Positions 9,621 to 20,810 of a stretch of DNA of 64,000 nt are shown here, piece after piece. The notes under the pieces were generated by a model. That model searched no databases, was not told where the DNA came from, and worked only from the letters and a program-made list of their open reading frames with translations. Origin of the DNA: Flavobacteriaceae bacterium (GTDB lineage: Bacteria; Bacteroidota; Bacteroidia; Flavobacteriales; Flavobacteriaceae); the NCBI GenBank assembly GCA_038106885.1, contig JAYNFX010000003.1, positions 15,786 through 79,785 on the forward strand, in the 5' to 3' direction. Position 1 is the first letter of the stretch. The number at the start of each line of letters is the position of its first letter. Made by a program: the position numbers and the translations under genes.

Positions 9621-10544
9621 ATGCAAATTAGTCAATACATAAGTGAATTATTATTTAGATACGACTGTGTCGTAGTCCCTGGCTTTGGAGCCTTTTTATC
9701 TGAGAGGGTTTCAGCCAAAATTGATAAAAATTCTGGTGAATTTTTTCCTCCTTGTAAACTTATTTCATTTAATGCCCAATTAAAAAGTAATGATGGCCTT
9801 CTGGCTAATCATATATCCTCAGTTGAAGAAATTACATATGAAAATGCGATTTCAAAGATTAAAAAACAAGTTGATTATATTATTAAAAGTCTTGAAAATA
9901 GCGAGACTATAGAATTTCCAAATATTGGATCATTAACAAATTCAAAAAAAGGGAAAATCACTTTTGAGCCAACAAATAAAAACAATTTTTTAAAAGATTC
10001 TTTTGGGCTATCGACATTTATTTCGCCTACTGTTACTAGGAAAAATAAAAAATTAAGTAACAATCCCACTATTGCTCTAAAAACAAAAAAACAAGAGGCT
10101 TATAATTTCCGAAAATACGCTGCAATAGGAATTATACTTTTAGGTTTGTCTAGTATTATAGGTGGTAACATTTATTCTACTAGCGTTGATAAACATAATA
10201 CTCTTGTTCAACAAGAGGTAGATAGTATTATTGAAAACAGAATTCAAGAAGCAACTTTTTCAGTAAGCACTGATCTAAATCCTATTAATATCAATATTTC
10301 AAAAAAAGTTGGTGATTTTCATATTGTTGCAGGGGCATTTAGAATCAAGAAAAATAGTGAGAGAAAACTTCGTGAGCTTAAAAGATTAGGTTTTGATGCA
10401 AGACTTATTGGACAAAACAGATACGGTCTTCATCAAGTTGTTTTTGAAAGTTATAATACAAGAAAAGAAGCTGAGAATGCATTAATGAAGATTAAAAAAA
10501 CTCAAGATAAAACAGCCTGGTTATTATTCAAAGAGATACTTTAG
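9621..10544 (+). CDS. HU-like (HU-CCDC81) domain + TM helix + SPOR domain protein
   Basis: N-terminal ISELLFRYDCVVVPGFGAF and NDGLLA (HU-CCDC81 pattern); hydrophobic YAAIGIILLGLSSIIGG; C-terminal FHIVAGAFR...A...L (SPOR). Confidence 0.8.
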   Translation: MQISQYISELLFRYDCVVVPGFGAFLSERVSAKIDKNSGEFFPPCKLISFNAQLKSNDGLLANHISSVEEITYENAISKIKKQVDYIIKSLENSETIEFPNIGSLTNSKKGKITFEPTNKNNFLKDSFGLSTFISPTVTRKNKKLSNNPTIALKTKKQEAYNFRKYAAIGIILLGLSSIIGGNIYSTSVDKHNTLVQQEVDSIIENRIQEATFSVSTDLNPININISKKVGDFHIVAGAFRIKKNSERKLRELKRLGFDARLIGQNRYGLHQVVFESYNTRKEAENALMKIKKTQDKTAWLLFKEIL

Positions 10545-10589
10545 TCAAACAAAAATTAATAATCTTTCTCACCTTTAGTAATTTTTCTC

Positions 10590-11102
10590 ATGAAAATGAT
10601 TAAATCCCCTACAGAATCAAAAACAGTAATGACAGATTTAGTTTTACCTAGTGAAACTAACTCAATTAATACACTTTTTGGTGGAGAATTGCTCGCAAGG
10701 ATGGACCGAGCTGCAAGTATTGCTGCGCAGCGTCACTCAGAAAAAGTCGTTGTTACTGCATCTGTAAATCATGTAGCTTTTAATAATACTATACCACTAG
10801 GGAGTATTGTCAAAATTGAGGCAAAAGTATCAAGAGCATTTCGAACCTCAATGGAGGTCTACTTAGATGTTTGGTATACTGACAACAATTTCAATCCACC
10901 AATAAAGGCTAATGAAGCTATTTTTACATTTGTAGCAGTTGACAAGAATAGAAATCCAACCAAGATACCACAGCTTAAACCTGAAACAGCTGAAGAGAAA
11001 AAAAGGTTTGATGGTGCACTAAGGAGAAGGCAACTCAGCCTTGTACTTGCTGGTAAAATGAAAGCTGAAGACGCTACAGAACTAAAAGCGCTTTTTAATT
11101 AA
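10590..11102 (+). CDS. Acyl-CoA thioesterase (hotdog fold, YciA-like)
   Basis: N..LFGGELLARMD, VVTASV, RTSMEV and FTFVAVD motifs. Confidence 0.92.
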   Translation: MKMIKSPTESKTVMTDLVLPSETNSINTLFGGELLARMDRAASIAAQRHSEKVVVTASVNHVAFNNTIPLGSIVKIEAKVSRAFRTSMEVYLDVWYTDNNFNPPIKANEAIFTFVAVDKNRNPTKIPQLKPETAEEKKRFDGALRRRQLSLVLAGKMKAEDATELKALFN

Positions 11103-11118
11103 AATCGATTATAACTTA

Positions 11119-12351
11119 TTAATAAAGCTTATAAATCCATGATGATGGATTTTGTATTGAACTATCTTTATAAATACCAAAACTAAGAATTGATTCTCCT
11201 GAAACTTTATTAGTTAGAACTTCTCCAATTACTTGTTTAGTTGTTACCTTGTCTCCTTTACCAACATAAAACTTTGATAAGTTTTTATAGACAGTAATAT
11301 AATTTCCATGACGAATCATTATTGTATTGTTTCCGTTTCTTGGGGTCATAACTCCTTGTACAGTTCCTTCCCAAACAGCCCTGACTGGCTCAGCTTGATT
11401 TGTTGCAATTCGAACCCCATTACTCTTAATTTTAATTTTCGGATCTATTGGAGATGGATTTGTTCCAAAACGCAACTTTACAACACCATTAGCAACAGGC
11501 CAAGGCAACTTGCCTTTGTTTGCAGTAAAAGTTGCGGCTAATTTTTTCTGCTCAGGAGTTAAAGCGAATGTGACTATTTTATTTGACTTCCCTGCTTTTG
11601 CATTTGAAGCTGCAATAGCCTCCTGAATAAGTTTTCTAATTTCACGATCTAATTTTTCTGATTCGCGCTGTTTAACTTTAATTTGTGCAGAAAATTTTAC
11701 TAGGTTTTTCTGAATTTCTTCAATTAATTCTTTTTGTGCCAATAATTCATCATCTAAAATTGCTTTTGCTGCCTTATTCTCAGAAACTAACTTCTGTTTG
11801 TCTTTCTTCTGTCGCAATAGATCGTTATTAAGTTCCTGGAGTTGTTTTGCCTCTTGTTTTATAACTTCAGACTGTTGCTTCTGATAGTTTGCATATTGTT
11901 TTATGTATTGTAATCTTCTGTAAGCTTGTTGAAAATTAGATGATGACAAAACAAACATTAATTTATTATCTGAAGCGCGATTTTTGTAAGATTTTAAAAT
12001 CATTTTGGCATAATCGTCTTTCAATAATTTTATCTTATTACGTTTTTTTGAAATTAAATTTTGATTATCATTTATCTCTAGAGTAAGTAAATTTGCTTGC
12101 TGATTTGTAATTCGAATCAAGTTTTTTCGAACACTGATTTTGTAATTTAGATTTTCAACAGAGCTTACAATAGATTTCTTTTCTTTTTTCCTTTCAAATA
12201 ACATATTTGTTATTTGTCTAATCTCTTGTTGTAGCTCTCGCCGTTTATTTTCTAGTTCAATTTGTCTTTTACTTTGACTATGACAATCTTGAAAAGCAAA
12301 TGCCAAAAAAACAATTGAAGTAATTATATAATATTTAGATTTAAATGCCAT
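11119..12351 (-). CDS. EnvC-like murein hydrolase activator (coiled coil + degenerate M23/LytM domain)
   Basis: Signal peptide, long coiled coil, GKLPWPV. The Zn ligands are absent (SNGVRI replaces HxxxD; ILSFGI replaces HLHF). Confidence 0.85.
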   Translation of the reverse strand: MAFKSKYYIITSIVFLAFAFQDCHSQSKRQIELENKRRELQQEIRQITNMLFERKKEKKSIVSSVENLNYKISVRKNLIRITNQQANLLTLEINDNQNLISKKRNKIKLLKDDYAKMILKSYKNRASDNKLMFVLSSSNFQQAYRRLQYIKQYANYQKQQSEVIKQEAKQLQELNNDLLRQKKDKQKLVSENKAAKAILDDELLAQKELIEEIQKNLVKFSAQIKVKQRESEKLDREIRKLIQEAIAASNAKAGKSNKIVTFALTPEQKKLAATFTANKGKLPWPVANGVVKLRFGTNPSPIDPKIKIKSNGVRIATNQAEPVRAVWEGTVQGVMTPRNGNNTIMIRHGNYITVYKNLSKFYVGKGDKVTTKQVIGEVLTNKVSGESILSFGIYKDSSIQNPSSWIYKLY

Positions 12352-13115
12352 TAAAAATTAAGTTGTCTATAACCCTTAGGTAACTTGAACGGAAAGCGTA
12401 TTGATTGATTCAAGCTTACGGATTTTAAATTCAATTTTATAAAAGTATTATTCTGTTTCTCATTAATAGTAATTGCCATTTTACTAGGAATTAGTTGCTG
12501 ATTAATTTCCTGAAAATCGTCATAATTTACTTTGAGATGTATTTCTTCTTTCAAATGAGAAATTTCTTGAGTTTTCATTTTAAAATAAAACGGATTAATT
12601 CTATATAATACGTTCAAAGTAGGATCTAATTTATATGGCTTTAATGTGTATCCGCTATTATCTTTTATTTGATTTAAAGATGATGAATTGTGCTTAAAAA
12701 AAGTATCGCCAAGTAAAAGGTTTTCTAGATTTGAAAAATCTAAATCAATCCCTAAAAGCTGCTTTATCAAAGAAAAATCTCCATCAAAATAAGTTTTATC
12801 AATTTTATTATACATCTGAACTCTATCAGGTGTAATTTTAATCCTTATCATGTTTAAAAAGGCATTTATCCATATTGTTTTACCGCGATCCATTCTTAAT
12901 GTCACGGTGTTTGATTGAACTTTTGAGTTTTGAAATAATTCTATTTTAAGCTTGCATTGTAATGTATTGAATTTAGCATGTTGTTTAATATGCTTTTTTA
13001 GAATTTGTTTAGTCCTCATTTCTGGAATTTCGCCGACAGTTGACGTCAAATTTTTCCCTGGTGCACAACCATATAGTAAAACTATAATAATTATATATCT
13101 AAATTTACTACTCAT
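12351..13115 (-). CDS. DUF4292-family lipoprotein (candidate LolB-like)
   Basis: Lipobox LLYGC; ITPDRVQMYNK...YFDGDF...LGIDLDF..L..LLLG pattern; lies between the TPR and envC-like genes. Confidence 0.75.
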   Translation of the reverse strand: MSSKFRYIIIIVLLYGCAPGKNLTSTVGEIPEMRTKQILKKHIKQHAKFNTLQCKLKIELFQNSKVQSNTVTLRMDRGKTIWINAFLNMIRIKITPDRVQMYNKIDKTYFDGDFSLIKQLLGIDLDFSNLENLLLGDTFFKHNSSSLNQIKDNSGYTLKPYKLDPTLNVLYRINPFYFKMKTQEISHLKEEIHLKVNYDDFQEINQQLIPSKMAITINEKQNNTFIKLNLKSVSLNQSIRFPFKLPKGYRQLNF

Positions 13116-14464
13116 TACGATTTTAAAAGCTGAATCATGTCACTAATTTCCTTAGCTTTCTCAGAGTTTTTATTTTTTTTATACAAATCAAACATTAATT
13201 CATAATACTCTAAACTGATATTATTATCTTCAAAAATATAATCAGAACCTTGCTCCATAACCTCTATTGCGTCTGCCCAATTTTGTAAATAAAACTGAGA
13301 TTTTCCATATATCAAATATAATTCAATTTGTGTCGGAAATAACTCTAGGTGTTTAAATGAAAACTCTAATGCTTTACTATATTGTTTTGTTTTTAAATAA
13401 ATATTCGCTAATTTTTTAATAATATTTACATCTTGTGAAGATTCTTCGAATGCTTTCTTATAATAATAGTTTGCTTTTTCTAATTGTTTCTTTTCAAGAA
13501 AATAATCTCCCCATCCTTCACTATTTAGATCAGAATTAATTAATTTAGTTGAAGGTTCGATTGATAATAATACATCGCTGTAAGATGGATTTTTCTTTAC
13601 AAAATCAATAAAATCTTTTAATACTTTCAATTTCATTATTGGAGGCAGAACATTACTTTCTGTTACAATCTTCATAGAATTAATAGCGCCATCGTAATCT
13701 TTTTGATTTAAATAAAACTTATACAATGCTACGTGTGGAATATGAGATTTTGGATACAAATCAAGAAATGACAATGCTGTATTGTATGCTTCCTTTTCTA
13801 AACCATATTCACTTAAAGCATATATTAAATTTATAAAGTTATTTGAATCTTCAGAATTAGAATCTAAGCGTTGTTTCAAAAATTCTATGTGTGATCCTTG
13901 ATCTGAGGTTTGTTTGTAAATTTTTATTCTTAATTGATCTCGATTTAGGTTATATCCATAATGATCATCCATGAATTGTATATGACTTAAAGCTTCATTG
14001 TAGCGACCAGTATTAGCGTATAAATAGCTTAGATTTTCCTCATAATCTCTGTTATAATTTAAAATTGGTAAAAGCTCTTCAATGGCCTTGTCAAAATTAT
14101 TTTGCTCCAAATAAAGGTTATAGAGCTTATCCCTATACCAAAAATTCTTGTTATCTAAAGAAATAGCCTTTCTTAAATTTCTTTCAGAATCACTATATTT
14201 TTTAATTTTAAAATATATATTTCCTAGCTCATAGTAAATCACAGCTCGATTTGGAAAAAGCTCCTTGCAATCATTTAATTTTTTAATTGCTTTATTAAAA
14301 TTTTCAATACCCTTTTGCTTTAAAGCGTCATAAAACTTGATTTGAAATTCTTCATCAGCAGAAATTAAATTTGAAATACTATCATGTTTAATTTGGGCTG
14401 ATAAAAGATGAGCTGCTAAAAGACCCTGAATAAGTATAAATTTTTTTATGTAGGTTCTTTTCAT
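13115..14464 (-). CDS. Exported tetratricopeptide-repeat protein
   Basis: Signal peptide; repeated helical units such as [14 protein letters not shown]...RKA. Confidence 0.8.
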   Translation of the reverse strand: MKRTYIKKFILIQGLLAAHLLSAQIKHDSISNLISADEEFQIKFYDALKQKGIENFNKAIKKLNDCKELFPNRAVIYYELGNIYFKIKKYSDSERNLRKAISLDNKNFWYRDKLYNLYLEQNNFDKAIEELLPILNYNRDYEENLSYLYANTGRYNEALSHIQFMDDHYGYNLNRDQLRIKIYKQTSDQGSHIEFLKQRLDSNSEDSNNFINLIYALSEYGLEKEAYNTALSFLDLYPKSHIPHVALYKFYLNQKDYDGAINSMKIVTESNVLPPIMKLKVLKDFIDFVKKNPSYSDVLLSIEPSTKLINSDLNSEGWGDYFLEKKQLEKANYYYKKAFEESSQDVNIIKKLANIYLKTKQYSKALEFSFKHLELFPTQIELYLIYGKSQFYLQNWADAIEVMEQGSDYIFEDNNISLEYYELMFDLYKKNKNSEKAKEISDMIQLLKS

Positions 14465-14895
14465 TTTTGACCTGTGCTTCCAAATCCACCACTCCCTCTT
14501 TTGGTCTTGGATAGATCGTTACATTCTTCCCAAATAGCACGCTCATGTTTAGCAATTACTATTTGAGCAATTCTATCTCCATTTTTAATTATAAAATCAT
14601 TTTCTGAAAAGTTAATTAATATTACACCAATCTCCCCTCTATAATCAGCATCAATAGTCCCAGGGCTATTTAATACTGTTACGCCATATTTAGCCGCTAA
14701 TCCACTACGAGACCTGACCTGGGCCTCATAGCCTTTTGGAAGAGCAATAAAAATGCCAGTAGGCACAATAGCTCTTTGGTTAGGTTTTAAAGTAATATCG
14801 GTTTTAATATTTGATCTTAGATCCATCCCAGCGGACTCTAATGTCTCATAATTTGGTAACGGGTGGTCAGATTTATTGATTATTTTTACTTTCAT
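14461..14895 (-). CDS. dut: dUTP diphosphatase
   Basis: [26 protein letters not shown] and [10 protein letters not shown] motifs. Confidence 0.98.
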   Translation of the reverse strand: MKVKIINKSDHPLPNYETLESAGMDLRSNIKTDITLKPNQRAIVPTGIFIALPKGYEAQVRSRSGLAAKYGVTVLNSPGTIDADYRGEIGVILINFSENDFIIKNGDRIAQIVIAKHERAIWEECNDLSKTKRGSGGFGSTGQK

Positions 14896-16358
14896 TTTTC
14901 TGGTTTTATAAACTTTCTTATAGTCGTCTTCTCATTATACAATACAATAGTAATTAATATAAATATGAGTATTAAGCCAATAATATATTCCCCTCTAAAT
15001 CTGTAAAAAGAAAGAGCTGAAAACAAAACAGATAAAAATAAATAGATGCTAATTTTACTAATATTATAGGGAATTGTATAATATTTTTGCCCAAGCGAAT
15101 ACGATGCTATTGCCATCAGAGTATAAGCTGCTAAGGTTGCAATTGCAGAGGCTAAATATCCGATTAAAGGAATAAAAATTATGTTTATTATTAGAGTTAA
15201 TAAAGCACCAAAAATTGATATAAAAGCACCTATTTCTGTTCTATCTGTTACTTTATACCAAACTGAAAGCGCATGATAAATTCCTAAAAATAAATAGGCC
15301 AGTAATAAAATAGGAACGATACTCATAGCTTCCCAATATGCTTCGTTTGGTATTAAAATCAATTTTAAGAAATCAATAAATACTACTACTAACAAAAGAA
15401 TAAGTGATCCTAAAATTACAAAAACCTCTAAGATGCTAGCATAGCTTTTTTTCGCATGGCTTTTATCGAAATTGCTGAAAAAAAATGGCTCTATTCCTAA
15501 CCTGTATGCTGTAGAAAATAAAGTCATAAATAAAGCTAACTTATAACATGCAGAATAAGTTCCAATTGCAGCTTTAGACAAATCTTGAGGTAGTAGACGC
15601 TCCAATAATATTCTATCAAAACTTTCATTAATTGAAAAAGCAATTCCAGCTACGAGCACAGGGAACGCATAACGGAGCATCTTTTTCCATAGAAGCCAAT
15701 CAAAATTATATTTGAGTTTAAAATAAAATGAGCTTAATAATATTAATGTAGCAATACTTGCTATTAAATTAGCAATAAAAATATAGTGTATTTCAAAGTT
15801 TGAAACGTAAAAATTATTCCAAAAACTAGAGCCCTGTGCTAAACCTTTTAGGTAAATTAAAAACAAAATATTTAACCCTAAATTAATTAAGACATTTGTA
15901 ATCTTTACAATTGTATATTTAATAGGCTTCCCTAAAGCTCTTAAATAAGCAAAAGGGATAATAACCATCGTATCAAAAAATAAAATAAATAATACTAAAA
16001 CAATATACTCTGGATCAATATGTATGATTGATGAAATATTATTCTTAAAAAAATATCCAAAAACTAATACTGCTGATGATGAAATAATCAATGAAATAGC
16101 AGATGTGCCAATAACTTTTGCTTTGTTCTCAACAATGTTAATAAATCTAAAAAAGGCCGTTTCCATCCCATAAGTCAACAGGACATTAAATAATACAAAA
16201 TATGCAAAAATTAGTGAGACATCTCCGTAGTCTGATACATTATTTAACACTGATGCATCTGTGTGAAGACGCACAAGTAGAAAGCTAAGCATTTTTGGTA
16301 CTACTGTAGCAATACCATAAATAAATGTTTGCTTATAAAGTGTCTTTAATCGGGTCAA
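14892..16358 (-). CDS. MOP-superfamily oligosaccharide flippase / polysaccharide biosynthesis protein
   Basis: Multi-TM protein; [11 protein letters not shown] and DRILL...G.YSACYKL motifs; TTG start. Confidence 0.85.
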   Translation of the reverse strand: MTRLKTLYKQTFIYGIATVVPKMLSFLLVRLHTDASVLNNVSDYGDVSLIFAYFVLFNVLLTYGMETAFFRFINIVENKAKVIGTSAISLIISSSAVLVFGYFFKNNISSIIHIDPEYIVLVLFILFFDTMVIIPFAYLRALGKPIKYTIVKITNVLINLGLNILFLIYLKGLAQGSSFWNNFYVSNFEIHYIFIANLIASIATLILLSSFYFKLKYNFDWLLWKKMLRYAFPVLVAGIAFSINESFDRILLERLLPQDLSKAAIGTYSACYKLALFMTLFSTAYRLGIEPFFFSNFDKSHAKKSYASILEVFVILGSLILLLVVVFIDFLKLILIPNEAYWEAMSIVPILLLAYLFLGIYHALSVWYKVTDRTEIGAFISIFGALLTLIINIIFIPLIGYLASAIATLAAYTLMAIASYSLGQKYYTIPYNISKISIYLFLSVLFSALSFYRFRGEYIIGLILIFILITIVLYNEKTTIRKFIKPEK

Positions 16359-16408
16359 ACTTTAGGAATAAAAAAATAAAAATACACTTTTTTAAAGGAT
16401 ATATAAAA

Positions 16409-16873
16409 TTATCTGATTCGAGTGACTGGGTAAGGCTTTGACGGCTTATAATATAAATTTTTAAACTCAATATACATTCGTTTATTTTGAATTCTATAGC
16501 TCAAAACGCATGAATTGTCTAGAAGTGAAAAATGAGAATTATTTTTCTCATGATCTGTATTTCCTATAATTATATCTTCAGAATGGTTATTATTAATTGA
16601 TTTAAAGCGTCCAAATACCATATTATTTCTGTGTAAAGCCTTAACGCGTTGACCTCTAAAATGAATGCTATCAAAATTAATAAAAGAAGATTTTTTTATA
16701 GGTAAAAAAACATTAAACCCACTCCCGCCTCCTTCAACACCAGCAATCCATTTTTCAAAGTAAGCAGGAGATGAAAGATTTAAATTTGAGTTACTTATAG
16801 ATTTTATATTTGCATTAGAATGACATGAAGTAATTATAATACTCAAGAATGTTATTACTATAAACTTATTCAT
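16409..16873 (-). CDS. Hypothetical lipoprotein
   Basis: Lipobox IITSC; WIAGVEGGGSG segment; no recognisable function. Confidence 0.7.
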   Translation of the reverse strand: MNKFIVITFLSIIITSCHSNANIKSISNSNLNLSSPAYFEKWIAGVEGGGSGFNVFLPIKKSSFINFDSIHFRGQRVKALHRNNMVFGRFKSINNNHSEDIIIGNTDHEKNNSHFSLLDNSCVLSYRIQNKRMYIEFKNLYYKPSKPYPVTRIR

Positions 16874-16916
16874 AAATAAAGATTAATACTAAATAAAATA
16901 GCAAATTTCATTCCAT

Positions 16917-16943
16917 AAAAAACCCCACATTGCCTGTGGGGTT
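16917..16943 (-). terminator. Intrinsic terminator of the atp operon
   Basis: AACCCCACA-ttgcc-TGTGGGGTT, a 9-bp stem ending in a U-tract on the minus strand, 20 nt after the atpG stop. Confidence 0.88.
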
Positions 16944-16963
16944 AAATTTATTTGAATTGATAA

Positions 16964-17821
16964 CTAACTGTTTAGAGCCTCTGCTCCGCCAACAATTTCT
17001 AAAATCTCATTAGTTATGGCAGCTTGTCTGGCTTTATTATAAGTCAGTTTTAATTGATCTCTAAGCTCTGTTGCATTATCAGTAGCTTTGTGCATGGCAG
17101 TCATTCGAGCTCCGTGTTCACTTGCAAAACTATCCCTTATAGCTTTAAATAATTGCGTCTTTAAAGACTTTGGAATTAAGGTTTTTACAATTTCAACCTT
17201 TGATGGTTCAAAAATATAATCTTGATTATTATTAATTTGATCATTTGAGGTAACGATGGGTAAAAATTGCTCTGTAGTAACAATTTGTGTCGCTGCGTTT
17301 TTGAATTTATTATATACTAGTTCAATTTTATCAACAGAACCATCTTCAAATTTATTCATTAAGACCTGAGCGATTTGAGCAACATTAGTGAAATTTAAAT
17401 CATCAAAAATTTTACTTTCATTTGACAAAATTTTAAACTCTTTAGAAAGCGAATCATTAGCTTTCTTCCCAATAGCCATAACTGAAACATTTCCTTTGGT
17501 ATAATTCTTTGCTAATTCATTGACTTGCTTTATAATATTTGAATTAAACGCTCCACACAATCCTCTATTTGAAGTTATAGCTACAATTAAAATATTTTTA
17601 ATCTCTCTATTTTTAGTGAAAACACTACCATTATCAGCATCTAAATTAGAACTAAAGTTCTGTAATAATTCAGTTAACTTATCAGCGTATGGCCGCATCG
17701 CTGTTATTGCATCTTGAGCTTTTTTAAGCTTCGCAGCAGAGACCATCTTCATTGCGCTTGTTATCTGCATTGTTGAAGATACCGAGGAAATTCTATTGCG
17801 TATTTCTTTTAAATTGGCCAT
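16964..17821 (-). CDS. atpG: ATP synthase F1 gamma subunit
   Basis: QITSAMKMVSAAK, RGLCGAFN and RQAAITNEILEI motifs. Confidence 0.99.
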   Translation of the reverse strand: MANLKEIRNRISSVSSTMQITSAMKMVSAAKLKKAQDAITAMRPYADKLTELLQNFSSNLDADNGSVFTKNREIKNILIVAITSNRGLCGAFNSNIIKQVNELAKNYTKGNVSVMAIGKKANDSLSKEFKILSNESKIFDDLNFTNVAQIAQVLMNKFEDGSVDKIELVYNKFKNAATQIVTTEQFLPIVTSNDQINNNQDYIFEPSKVEIVKTLIPKSLKTQLFKAIRDSFASEHGARMTAMHKATDNATELRDQLKLTYNKARQAAITNEILEIVGGAEALNS

Positions 17822-17829
17822 GTTTTTAA

Positions 17830-19407
17830 CTAATTGTAATTAGCAGATAAGTCCTGAGCAACTTTTGTTAAAGTGGTTGTTACTTCATCAGTTAATTTAC
17901 CTGATTTTAAAGTAGCAAGAACATCACTGTGTTTAGCTTTCAATAACTCAATAAACTCTGACTCAAATTCTTTTACCTTATTGACAGGAACATCACGTAA
18001 TAAATTTTTAGAGCCAGCATAAATTATGGCAATTTGATCTTCTACAGTGTAAGGATCATTTTGTGCCTGCTTTAAAATTTCTACATTTCTTTTCCCTTTT
18101 TCAATAACATTGAGTGTAACTGCGTCTAAGTCAGATCCAAATTTTGCAAAAGCTTCTAGTTCACGGAACTGTGCTTGGTCTAATTTAAGAGTTCCTGAAA
18201 CCTTTTTCATTGACTTAATTTGAGCACTACCTCCTACACGAGACACTGAAATTCCAACATTAATCGCTGGTCGAACTCCTGAATTAAATAAATCTCCATC
18301 TAAGAAAATTTGACCGTCTGTAATGGAAATCACATTTGTTGGAATGTAAGCTGATACATCACCTGCTTGTGTTTCAATAATTGGAAGCGCGGTTAATGAC
18401 CCACCACCTTTAACCATTGGCTTTAAAGAATCTGGAAGATCGTTCATGTCCTTTGCAATAGTGTCATCATTAATCACTTTCGCAGATCGCTCTAATAAAC
18501 GTGAGTGTAAATAGAAAACATCTCCAGGATATGCCTCTCGCCCCGGTGGACGACGAAGTAAAAGTGATACCTCACGGTAAGCTACTGCTTGCTTTGAAAG
18601 GTCATCATATATTATTAACGCCGGACGACCTGTATCTCTAAAATACTCTCCAATTGCTGCTCCTGCAAATGGAGCATAAACTTGCATTGGAGCAGGATCA
18701 GATGCATTTGCAGCAACAATTGTTGTATATGCTAAAGCACCTCTATCTTCTAGAGTTTTTGCAATATTAGCTACTGTAGATGCTTTTTGCCCAACAGCAA
18801 CATAAATACAGTAAACCGGTTCACCAGCATCATAAAATTCTTTTTGATTCAAAATAGTGTCGATACAAACTGTTGTTTTACCAGTTTGACGGTCACCAAT
18901 TACAAGTTCTCTTTGTCCACGCCCAACTGGTATCATTGCATCAATAGACTTAATTCCTGTCTGGAGCGGTTCAGTTACTGGCTCGCGGAATACAACTCCG
19001 GGGGCTTTTCTCTCAAGTGGCATCTCATAAACATCGCCTTCAATAGAACCTTTCCCATCAATTGGTGCTCCAAGTGTATCAACAACACGGCCTACAATTC
19101 CTTCACCTACATTGATTGAAGCAATACGTCCAGTACGTTTAACTGTTGAACCCTCTTTGACAACTTTGGATGCCCCTAAAAGTACAATCCCTACATTATC
19201 TTCTTCCAAATTCAAAACTATTCCTTCAAGATCGCCATCAAATTGTACTAATTCTCCGTATTGCGCATTAGATAATCCATAAGCCCGGACAATTCCGTCT
19301 CCAACAGTTAGTACAGTACCAACTTCATCCAAAGAAGCTGTACCATCGAATCCCGAAAGTTGTTGTTTTAAAATTGCTGAAATTTCAGCTGCTTTTACAT
19401 CTGCCAT
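17830..19407 (-). CDS. atpA: ATP synthase F1 alpha subunit
   Basis: GDRQTGKT Walker A; [21 protein letters not shown]. Confidence 0.99.
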   Translation of the reverse strand: MADVKAAEISAILKQQLSGFDGTASLDEVGTVLTVGDGIVRAYGLSNAQYGELVQFDGDLEGIVLNLEEDNVGIVLLGASKVVKEGSTVKRTGRIASINVGEGIVGRVVDTLGAPIDGKGSIEGDVYEMPLERKAPGVVFREPVTEPLQTGIKSIDAMIPVGRGQRELVIGDRQTGKTTVCIDTILNQKEFYDAGEPVYCIYVAVGQKASTVANIAKTLEDRGALAYTTIVAANASDPAPMQVYAPFAGAAIGEYFRDTGRPALIIYDDLSKQAVAYREVSLLLRRPPGREAYPGDVFYLHSRLLERSAKVINDDTIAKDMNDLPDSLKPMVKGGGSLTALPIIETQAGDVSAYIPTNVISITDGQIFLDGDLFNSGVRPAINVGISVSRVGGSAQIKSMKKVSGTLKLDQAQFRELEAFAKFGSDLDAVTLNVIEKGKRNVEILKQAQNDPYTVEDQIAIIYAGSKNLLRDVPVNKVKEFESEFIELLKAKHSDVLATLKSGKLTDEVTTTLTKVAQDLSANYN

Positions 19408-19449
19408 TTTAATTTATTTTTCTCTTTTGAATTCCGATTAGAATTCTTA

Positions 19450-19986
19450 TTAATTTGCTATAAATTTATTTTTAATTCTATTTAATTGATTTGAAACACT
19501 TGCATCATATTGCTGGTCACCCACTCTTAAAATAAATCCTCCTAATATGGACTCATCTATAATCTTTTTTAAAGTAACTTGTCTAGTTGATAAGGTCTTC
19601 AATTTATTCATAATTTTCTTTTCAAGAGCTTCTGTCATAGCTGCTGCAGTAATTACTGTTGCTTGCTCTTTATTATTTACTTTGTCATAAAGCTGTCCGT
19701 ATTGTGTTGCAATTTCATCTAGTAAATCGACTCGTTTGTTCGATACTAGAGTTTTAAATAGGGACTTAACTTCTTTACCAGTATTTGCGAAAACTTTCCC
19801 CAAAACATTACTTTTATCGGAAAGTTTTACAATTGGGGATTTAAGCATATTATTAAGATCAGGATTTGATATAATACAATTTAAAATATCGTTCATTTCA
19901 TCATGAACATTTGATGATGTATTATTGTCTTGAGCCACACTTAAAATGGCTTTAGCATATCGAATAGCTGCTCTTGTGTCTGACAT
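19450..19986 (-). CDS. atpH: ATP synthase F1 delta subunit
   Basis: RYAKA and ILGGFILRVGD..YDAS motifs; operon position. Confidence 0.96.
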   Translation of the reverse strand: MSDTRAAIRYAKAILSVAQDNNTSSNVHDEMNDILNCIISNPDLNNMLKSPIVKLSDKSNVLGKVFANTGKEVKSLFKTLVSNKRVDLLDEIATQYGQLYDKVNNKEQATVITAAAMTEALEKKIMNKLKTLSTRQVTLKKIIDESILGGFILRVGDQQYDASVSNQLNRIKNKFIAN

Positions 19987-19992
19987 AATAAT

Positions 19993-20493
19993 TTAATTTA
20001 AATTAGCATCGTCTATCATTGACTCTACTAATTTTTCTTGTTTACCTTCTTTTGACAACTCATTTTTTAATACTTTTTCTGCAATAGAAAGAGAAAGCTC
20101 GGCAACTTGGGATTTTAGATCAGAAATTGCGGCTTTTTTTTCGGTTTTGATCGCGGCTTGAGCTTGAGATATTAATTTCGCAGCCTCTACCTTAGCCTCC
20201 TCTTTTGCGTCATCAATCATTTTATTTTTTAATTCTCGAGCCTCCTTTAACATTGACTCACGTTCAGCACGAGCCTGTTTTAAAAGTTTTTGGTTATCAG
20301 TTTGGAGATTTTCCATCTCCTTTTTAGCATCCTCAGCAGCACTAAGTGCATTTTTTATTCCTTCCTCGCGTTCATTTACAGCATTCAAAATTGGGGACCA
20401 TGCATATTTTTTTAACAATAGTAATAATCCAACAAAAAGCAACGTCTGCCATACAAATAAACCAAGCGAGAATTCTTCTAATAATTTTTCCAT
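19993..20493 (-). CDS. atpF: ATP synthase Fo subunit b
   Basis: N-terminal TM helix, KYAWSPIL..V.ERE, then a coiled coil. Confidence 0.97.
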   Translation of the reverse strand: MEKLLEEFSLGLFVWQTLLFVGLLLLLKKYAWSPILNAVNEREEGIKNALSAAEDAKKEMENLQTDNQKLLKQARAERESMLKEARELKNKMIDDAKEEAKVEAAKLISQAQAAIKTEKKAAISDLKSQVAELSLSIAEKVLKNELSKEGKQEKLVESMIDDANLN

Positions 20494-20525
20494 AATAATT
20501 TTATTATGATATTTTAAATTTAATT

Positions 20526-20562
20526 AAAACAACTTTGCAACCAACCGTCACAAAGTTGTTTT
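20526..20562 (-). terminator. Intercistronic stem-loop between atpE and atpF (partial terminator or mRNA stabiliser)
   Basis: Perfect 12-bp inverted repeat AAAACAACTTTG / CAAAGTTGTTTT around 13 nt that can pair further through G-U pairs in the mRNA. Confidence 0.7.
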
Positions 20563-20575
20563 TTTTTGGATGAGA

Positions 20576-20767
20576 TTACACTGCAAATAGCGCAGCAAAT
20601 CCAATACCTTCAATTAAGGCTGCTGCAATAAGCATAGCTGTTTGAATCTTTCCATAAGCCTCAGGTTGGCGAGCGATAGCCTCCATTGCAGAACCACCGA
20701 TTTTACCAATTCCTAAACCTACTCCGATTACAACTAACCCTGCACCTACCATTACTGGAATTTCCAT
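20576..20767 (-). CDS. atpE: ATP synthase Fo subunit c
   Basis: GxGxGxG helix, RQPE loop and conserved Glu in ALIEG; 63 aa. Confidence 0.98.
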   Translation of the reverse strand: MEIPVMVGAGLVVIGVGLGIGKIGGSAMEAIARQPEAYGKIQTAMLIAAALIEGIGFAALFAV

Positions 20768-20810
20768 ATATATATATTTAAAAATTAAACATTCAAATTA
20801 ATTACTCAAA

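Noticed and set aside
11119-12351. EnvC-like gene as a decayed peptidase pseudogene
   Set aside because: Loss of the Zn ligands is the normal state of EnvC-type activators, and the ORF is intact.
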